DNA of 64,000 nt from the human T2T-CHM13v2.0 reference genome, Homo sapiens. A program made the translations under genes and the position numbers. Below the pieces are notes generated by a model that was given only the letters and a program-made list of their open reading frames with translations, was not told the DNA's origin and made no database searches. This document shows positions 54,413-64,000 of the stretch, piece by piece (position 1 is the first letter of the stretch; every line of letters starts with the position of its first letter). The stretch is from NCBI RefSeq assembly GCF_009914755.1, contig NC_060927.1, one strand, 5' to 3'.

Positions 54413-54707
54413 AGGTGTGGTAGGTCTTATTAGAAAAGGGTAAATCTCAGGGTCTCTAGCAGTATTTGAGTCAATAAAGGAGTGGGTGGAGGGAAAGTTG
54501 TTAAGAAAATGTGTAGCTGGTCATTGTATTGAGTGGTGAAAACTTGATGTCAGGCTCAGGAGGGCTCTGGGTGGGAGACAAGGCTTGGTCCTCCTTGAGG
54601 GTCCTGCCAGAAGCCCCTCTCCTACTCTTAGCTATCGCCTTTTCCATTTTCTCTTTGCAAGGCCAGTGAAGTTTGGGATCCAGCCCGCATAAAAAATTGG
54701 GAATAGT

Positions 54708-55036
<329 letters not shown>

Positions 55037-57005
55037 TCAGGAAAGGAAAAGCAGTGTGATGATGAACTTACAGAAAAGAAGCTTGTTTGACTTAGGGAAT
55101 ATGTACAATTTGTTTTTTGTTTATTTTTCTGAGTTTGCCCATGTTGGCACACATGTTTAGGAAGATAGTTTTGTATTATCTTAAATGTTTTAAAGGAGAA
55201 AGGGAAAGATAAGAGTAGTAAGACCAGAGTAGTAAATAGTATTAATGCTGATATGGGGGAGATGTAGGCCTCCGGCAGGTGCTCTTGAGAGAAAAGGGAA
55301 ATCCACAGAAATACAACCATAATCATCCATGCATTTTCCCCGCCACACCACACACTACATGTGGCCCCCAAAACATCCAACGGCTAGCAGTATCACTGCT
55401 GAGATACATGATTTAATAAAAGAGTCAGTGATATTGCAGTGAATATTTCAAATGCGACATTTTAAGAAGAGCACAATTGAGAAAGAGAGGAACTTAAAAC
55501 GGATTAAAATTTAAGCAATTCCCAATCAAATGGAAGTGTTCTGGGAAGAGTGCCAGAGAGTATTGTTGAACTGGTTTTAATAAAAACATTCTAAATTTAT
55601 CCAGCTGAAATTATTTACAATTTTTTGAAATTACGTATGTGGATACGTTGTATGGACACTTAAAATACAATATTTATTCTTTTTAAAAAACCAAAACCTG
55701 CTCTTGTTGGCTGAGGATTCAGGGGATATAGTATGTTCAGAATGCAGAATCCCTGAATTTTAAGATGGATCCAAATCTTAGAGGTCAGTAAAGTGCAATT
55801 CTCTTTCTTGTTGGTAGGAAAATGCATCTGAGGAAACTGAGGCTTATCATCAGTAAGCAAGTTCTGCATCAGGGCAGAACATAGCTTTGCTCGTGCCCGA
55901 GTGAGGGCCTCTTTTCACAACACACAGCTGCCTTACAGGTAAACACTGTGACAAGCTGCCAGGGGCCTGCTCTCTCTAAGAACAGATAGGCTCTTCTGTT
56001 AACCTTACTGGGTAACAGCTGTGCCTTTTCACAAGTGCCTAGGGGTAAAATTTAGATTGTCTAAAGTAGTCATAAACGTGGAAGATATCTGAAACATTCT
56101 CATGGGCTGGAGAAGTAGCTTGGCATTATCTATAATGCAGAGGTCATGTCTGTGGAAATAGACCGAAGGCTGTACAAGCTTCAAGTCCATTCCACATGCT
56201 ATCTTGGTAAATGTCTGATTGATGTTTAAAAATAAAAACAAAAATAGTCCACTGTCCAAGGATCTTGAGTCATCTCCCCACAGTAGCAGAATGACAACAA
56301 CAACAACAACAATAAAAAGATACTGCCTCCTCTCCCCACTCCTTTTATATAGAGAAAAGTTGGATTGCAAAGAAAGATGCAGTACAGCAAGAACACGATG
56401 TGTGTTCACTCTAGGTAAAGCATTCCATGTGTGTGGCTGGCACTCCTGGCTTCTCAAACACTCCTTTCAGCCCGTTTTGCAGTAACCCCTAAGTCTGGCT
56501 AGCACCCATCCACCAGATTGCAGCCAGGAAAGGAAACCAGAGGCAGCTGCCTGCTGAGATCTCAGTCCACCCATTTTCCGTTACAGAAAGGTTGTGAAGT
56601 CCTACTTCAGAGGTGCTCGGAGCTGCATCTCTTGCACCTGCAAATGGCTGTGGGCATTGAATTGCTCTCACAGTGAGGAGTGGGATGGCAGAGGGGAGCT
56701 TGTTGGCCCCAGAGCGGGGAAGAATTGATTTTGGTTGCTGCTGAAAAGCTGGTAGTAGAAGCACTGGGGAAAAATTGCAAACTATTAAAGGACATTAAAG
56801 AGGTAGGGTACCAAACAGGAACTATTGGCTTATTTAAATACCAAATAAACAATTGAAAGTCCAGCAAAATATAAGAGGAGTATAAATTATAGATCTCATT
56901 TCTAATCTCAGGAAAACAGATCCTCTTCTATTCTGGAAAACTAAGAATCTAAGCCTTCTTCCCTGACAACCAAAACGAGTTTTCTTTAAAGACCTAAGAC
57001 CTAAG

Positions 57006-57007
<2 letters not shown>

Positions 57008-57036
<29 letters not shown>

Positions 57037-57411
57037 CTGCAGGTGAACATGTGATAAATGCATCTGTGAGTGTGAGAATGTGTGTATGAGTCTGTGCGCA
57101 TCTATGTGGATATGAGTATATGTGAGTGTATGTATGTACAGGTTTGTGTGTGTCTATAAGTGTGTATGTGAGTGTATATATGAGAGAATGTGTATGTAAA
57201 TGTGTGATTGTGAGGATGTGTGTACAAGTTGTGTGTGCATGTGTTTATATGTGCATATATGACTATGTGTTCAGTGTGAGAATGAGTGTGTAAGTGTGTG
57301 AGTGTGAGAATGTGTGTACAAGTTTGTGTGCATACTTGTGTATATGAATGTGTGTATGTTTGTGTGCGTAAGTTTGTGCATACATGTGTATATGAGTGTG
57401 TGTATGTGTGT
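57008..57411. repeat. (TG)n microsatellite followed by a ~370-bp degenerate TG-rich tract
   Basis: Seen directly; preceded by the short repeat agacctaagacctaagac. Confidence 0.92.
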
Positions 57412-57719
57412 AAAGAAGACTCACAAGACAAAAGGGCTTGCTTTCCTTAGCCAGTGCACATGCTGAATACATATGCCAAGACATTCCAAAGTGGCTTTTG
57501 TTTAAAAAGAAATGTGAAGAAAGGAATCAGTATAAGAAGAAGAGTTAGTGGCTGAAGTCTTATTACCATAATTATAGATAACGAGATTTCTGCCTACTCA
57601 TATTAGTTTTTTTTCACCTTTGTGTATAGGGATGGTCTTTAGTTTGTTTTCATATGTCTGATGGTAACTAATGTAATACCTTATGTTATAAATACTTGGT
57701 CAAATCAATAAAATATACT

Positions 57720-59390
57720 TCATCCAATACCATGCTCTCATATGCTGAGAGTCCATAGTTATAGGACCTGGTATTGGACTTCTTTTTCACCCCGTGGTTT
57801 GGTCTCTAGGTGGAGGTCCTTTCAATGTGGAAACTGAAATCTCTTAATTCTGGAAAATTTATTGACTTACCTTTTGAACCTCATTTTCTCCAATTTTTTA
57901 TTTTCTCTTTCTAGAGCTCTTGTTATTTATTGAATTCCCCATTGATATGGTTTGGCTGTGTACCCACCCAAATCTCATCTTGAACTCTAGTTCCCATAAT
58001 CCCCACATGTCTTGGGAAGGACCTGGTGCGAAGTAATTGAATCATGGGGGCAGTTACCTCCATGCTGTTCTTGTGATAGTGAGTGAGTTCTCACAAGAAC
58101 TGATGGTTTTACAAGGGGCTTTCCCCCCACCTCGTTCTGCACTTCTTGCTACTGCCATGTGAAGAAGGATGTGTTTGTGTCCCCTTCTGCTATAATTATA
58201 AGTTTCCTGAGTGCCTCCAGCCATCCTGAACTGTGAGTCAATTAAACCTTTTTCCTTTAGAAATTAACCAGTCTTGGGTATGTGTTTACTAGCAGCGTGA
58301 GCACAGACTAATACATCCATGTTGATATTCTAGTGTATGTACCTCCTGTGTCTTATTTCCCCCCACCACATTTTCTGAGAGATCTCTGAAACTTTATGAA
58401 TGCATTTGACTATTTCATTTATTATATCCTATTTTTTTATGAGAGTTTATTTTTTAAAATTTGGTTTTATTTTTTCTGTAATGTTTTTCTCCTGTTTCAG
58501 CGATTGCCTCTTCGATCTCTGAGGATGTTAAATATAGTTTATTTAAGTTTTTTCTGCTTTCTGTTTGTTTCCAATTTTTTTCTTTTCTTTCATTTGTTAA
58601 AGAGTTTTCTCTAATGTTGGGTGATTTCTTGCTGTCTGCTACTATTTGAAAGTTAGGTAGTAAAAAGCTGATTAGAAATTCTTTCTCTGGTGTGAATGTG
58701 CTAGGATAATTTATTTAGTCTACAGTGCGCTCAGCCTGTACTGTTTCACTGAACTATTTCATTATTAGAAGGTTTTTATTTTATTTTTTCTTTTGAGATA
58801 GTTTCCTGAGGGAGGAGTTCTCCAGCCTTCTATCTGAGGTGTATTAGTCTGGCTTTTAGTGTTCTCAGTGCAAGAACAAAGTGATTTGGGAGTCGTCCCT
58901 TCATATGTAGACATTCACTGAAGCACCTAGGTTTCCGTGTGGTAGCCCACCCTCAGCTCTACCCACAGTCCCAGGGGCTAGGTTTCAGCTTCTTCAGAGG
59001 AGACATCTCTTGACTTCTATGGCGGAAGAAAGTCAGTCACCCAGTTGCATATGGGGGATAGGGAGGTCTGATGGGTGCAGCAAACCCTCCCTCCTTTCCT
59101 TGAGAGGTATCCAGTGCCTCCAGTTCCTGGGATATCCTGGGGTTCTGTAAAGTCAATCAGCTGGCAACTGAGACCACATCCATTGCAGACTTTGGTTTCT
59201 CTTTCTCGCTTTCTGGTGTAGGAAATCAATCTATTCTTACATTTCCAAATTTTTCTAGTTGACTTTTCTCCAATTTTCTTTTCCTTTGGGTTACCACTCC
59301 CTTGCCATGCTTATGACACTTTATATCTGCTCTTTTAGTAAAATATGGTTAGTGAACAAAGTAAATGTGTCTTTCATCAGCCATGTTTTA
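57720..59390 (-). mobile_element. Ancient L1-related sequence (HAL1/L1M-like), interrupted by a THE1 LTR
   Basis: cctttcaatgtggaaactgaaatctcttaattctggaaaatttatt...ttttctctttctagagctcttgttatt resembles antisense HAL1/L1M ORF1; highly decayed. Confidence 0.4.
57943..58315 (+). mobile_element. THE1 solo LTR (THE1B/C-like)
   Basis: tgatatggtttggctgtgtacccacccaaatctcatc...gactaataca; TSD cccat/tccat. Confidence 0.93.
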
Positions 59391-59934
59391 CTGGAATACA
59401 TCCCCAAAATAGAAAGTCTGGGTCAAGACCGTGAATATATTTAAAACTGTTGATTTATATTGGCATTTAAAAAAAGCCTCATTTACTTTGTTAATAATGT
59501 TTTTAATAGTTTTGCCTATAGGCTCACTTTATTACGGAATCATACAGTATATATACTCTGTGTTTGGTTTGTTAATTTTAATATTATGTTTCTGAGATAA
59601 ATCCATATGGTTGTGTTTGTCAATTGTTTATTCTCAAGGATATATAGTATTATATTATGGGAGAACAACTTATTCATTAATCAAATTTTTGATGACCATT
59701 TTGTAGTTTTGTGTCTCAGGATATTAAAAATATTGATGCTATTAATTTTTTAAATTTTATTTATGAAATTTAAAATTGTATAACTGTTCTTTTAGTAAAA
59801 TGTGGTAAAGGAACAAGCACATGTGCCTTCCATCAGCCATGTTGTACTGGAATAGATCCCAAAAATATAAAGTCCGAGTCAAATACATAAATATATTTAA
59901 AACTGTTGATACATAATGGCATTTTTGAAAAACA

Positions 59935-62015
<2,081 letters not shown>

Positions 62016-62904
62016 TTTCCACTTCACTATTTTTAAATATTTAAATTCTTTAAGCATTTTATGGTAGAAAAATATCTTGCATTTGTCTAAAACTTTACAC
62101 TTCTCAGGATGTAAAAAATTACATTTTATTCTCAAAATAAGTGAAAATTGGCACTTTTATTCCCAGTTGAACAGTCAGTCAGCAAATATTTGTTAAATGC
62201 CCTACTCTGTGGTAGACTCTAGGGATGTGGTAGCTGCAAGACAATATTTCCTCTGTCAAGGAGTTTATTTATTTTAGTGGAATAAGTATTTTAAAAACGA
62301 GATGCAGAGACACCATGAAGTTAAGTGGCTTGCTGATCACACAGTGGTATGTGCTAACTCCTTAGTCTCTTAACTCTAAGATCAGGGTCCCTTGTCTTAT
62401 ACCACAGTATTTCAGAATTATTTTTTAATTAAATGTAAAAATATAAGAGTATTACTAAAACTTATGTGCATTATTAAAGCAAAGTAATATAAAGAATCCT
62501 CAATAAAACCACAGGCTACTGTTTACTCAGCTGATGCAAAGTTAACTAATTCTCTTATTACAATGTTGATGAGTGTTTATACTACCTGACTGGGAAGAAA
62601 ACTATCCCACCAACACACATTTATTTTGGGCAAATAGCTTTACTTTTATGGTTCTTAATTTACACTTATAATAATTGAGATTAGATCAAATGATGTAATT
62701 CATATTTCTTCTGATTTTTAGATACTAAATTAAAATTTTAATATTTCTTAAGAATTCAATGTGGTGCTTTACTCTTTATTGGAGTTTCAAAAATAAAATA
62801 AGATCTAATACTTGCACCAAAATAATCTAGCCATGAAGGCAAGACATACACATGAAATATTTTTAAATGTGAATATGAGTGATACATACGATAAGATTCT
62901 GGAA

Positions 62905-63126
62905 CAATTGGGGTTAATTTTGCCTCCCTGGGAGACATTTGAAAATCATATCTGCAGATACTTTTGGTGATCACTATTTGGGGGTGACTCCCATTGATAT
63001 CTAGTGGGTAGAGGCTAAGAATGTTGCCAACCATCCTGCAAGGCACAGGAAAGCCCCCACAAAAAAATTGCAAACACAAAATTACCTGGACCAAAATGTC
63101 AATAATGTTGAGACTGAGAAACACTG
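62905..63126 (+). mobile_element. MER20 DNA transposon
   Basis: attttgcctccctgggagacatttg...atctagtgggtagaggctaagaatgttgcc...caaaatgtcaataatgttgagactgagaaacactg. Confidence 0.8.
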
Positions 63127-63179
63127 CTCTAAAAATTCAGAGATAAAAAACACTATGGCAAGAAAAGATCGGGAAAGTT

Positions 63180-63550
63180 TTATTGAGGAACTGTTTTTCC
63201 AGGAACCCCTGGCATGGTTACATCTGGAGAACCACAGCATGAACAAGATTATGGAGAAAGGAATCAGCGTTGTTTATATGGGGAACCATGAGAAACCCCG
63301 TGCAGCTGGAGTGGCGGCCTCGCATATCAAATAGACAGTGAGTTCGGTGCTATATTGTGGAGAACCTCAAATGCCAGAATAAAGACTTCTTACTTTATTT
63401 ATTAGACATTGGGGAGCCATTTAATGGGGATCCTTTAGAGTAAGCAGTGTTTTAGTTAGATTAGTCAGGCAGTGGTCTGAGCATTGTTGTAGTGGAGAGG
63501 CTGGAAGACAATCAGGAGGTTATTATAACAATCCAACCTTGAGGTATTGA
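63180..63550 (-). mobile_element. L2 fragment
   Basis: tgtggagaacctcaaatgccagaataaagac...attggggagccatt...aggaggttattataacaatcca. Confidence 0.5.
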
Positions 63551-64000
63551 GTATTAATTCAAGCAGAACTTTACTTAACCATGATGCTTGTACCACAAAT
63601 CCTTGTCTAAATGCAATTACAGATTAGGGTAAAGCCATCCAGCAACAGTAGCACCAAATCATGTTTCACACAGTGCATAAACAATGAGTACTAGCTTATA
63701 AATTACATGGATTAGTTAAGCTGTGCAATCTTGCTCATGTGTTTATATTGTGTTTTTGATATGTTTCAAAAAATGTCATTTTACTTCACAAACTGAAGCA
63801 ATAAAAATATCACCTGCTAACATGTTAGCTTTTATCACTTCAATGCTGGGTCCTTTCTGTCTCTGGTTCCTATGTCCTCTCTAGAGCAGTATTCCATAAA
63901 TGCTGAGTTCCATGAATCACAGTGACAAATACATTACTTTGTAAGTTTGCTGTCATGATTGTTTCCACTTGCCTAGGCAAAAATAAAAAAAAAAAACCAC

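Noticed and set aside
56029-56485. 142-aa minus-strand and 88-aa plus-strand ORFs in unique DNA
   Set aside because: No recognisable domain; the poly-Val and poly-Thr runs come from an (ACA)n repeat. The lengths are within chance expectation.

Overview
AT-rich, repeat-dense, non-coding primate genomic DNA, most likely human or another hominoid (Alu J/S/Y, THE1, L1PA present). I find no supportable protein-coding gene, RNA gene, CRISPR array or CpG island. The ORFs in the track are transposon-derived (Alu, THE1-int, L1 ORF2) or short chance ORFs. Recognisable content: about 18 Alu copies or fragments, a complete THE1 MaLR provirus (31376-33687), two solo THE1 LTRs, MSTB-, MLT1-, MLT2-, LTR41-, LTR33- and MER65-like LTRs, several L1 fragments, L2 and MIR relics, MER20/MER33/MER102 DNA transposons and several simple repeats. 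I do not see a new multi-gene biological system. The most notable observations are structural or regulatory: (1) a perfect 49-bp tandem duplication of a G-quadruplex unit inside an ancient LTR41 that also keeps a CTCF-like motif; (2) a ~480-bp almost pure A/T minisatellite built from two alternating palindromic subunits and bounded by a 14-bp direct repeat; (3) an AluY with many non-CpG substitutions but almost no CpG decay; (4) a head-to-head inverted Alu pair 32 bp apart; (5) an old ~190-bp dispersed duplication; (6) several candidate enhancer islands in unique sequence. Repeat subfamily names come from my recall of consensus sequences, and boundaries of old elements are approximate.
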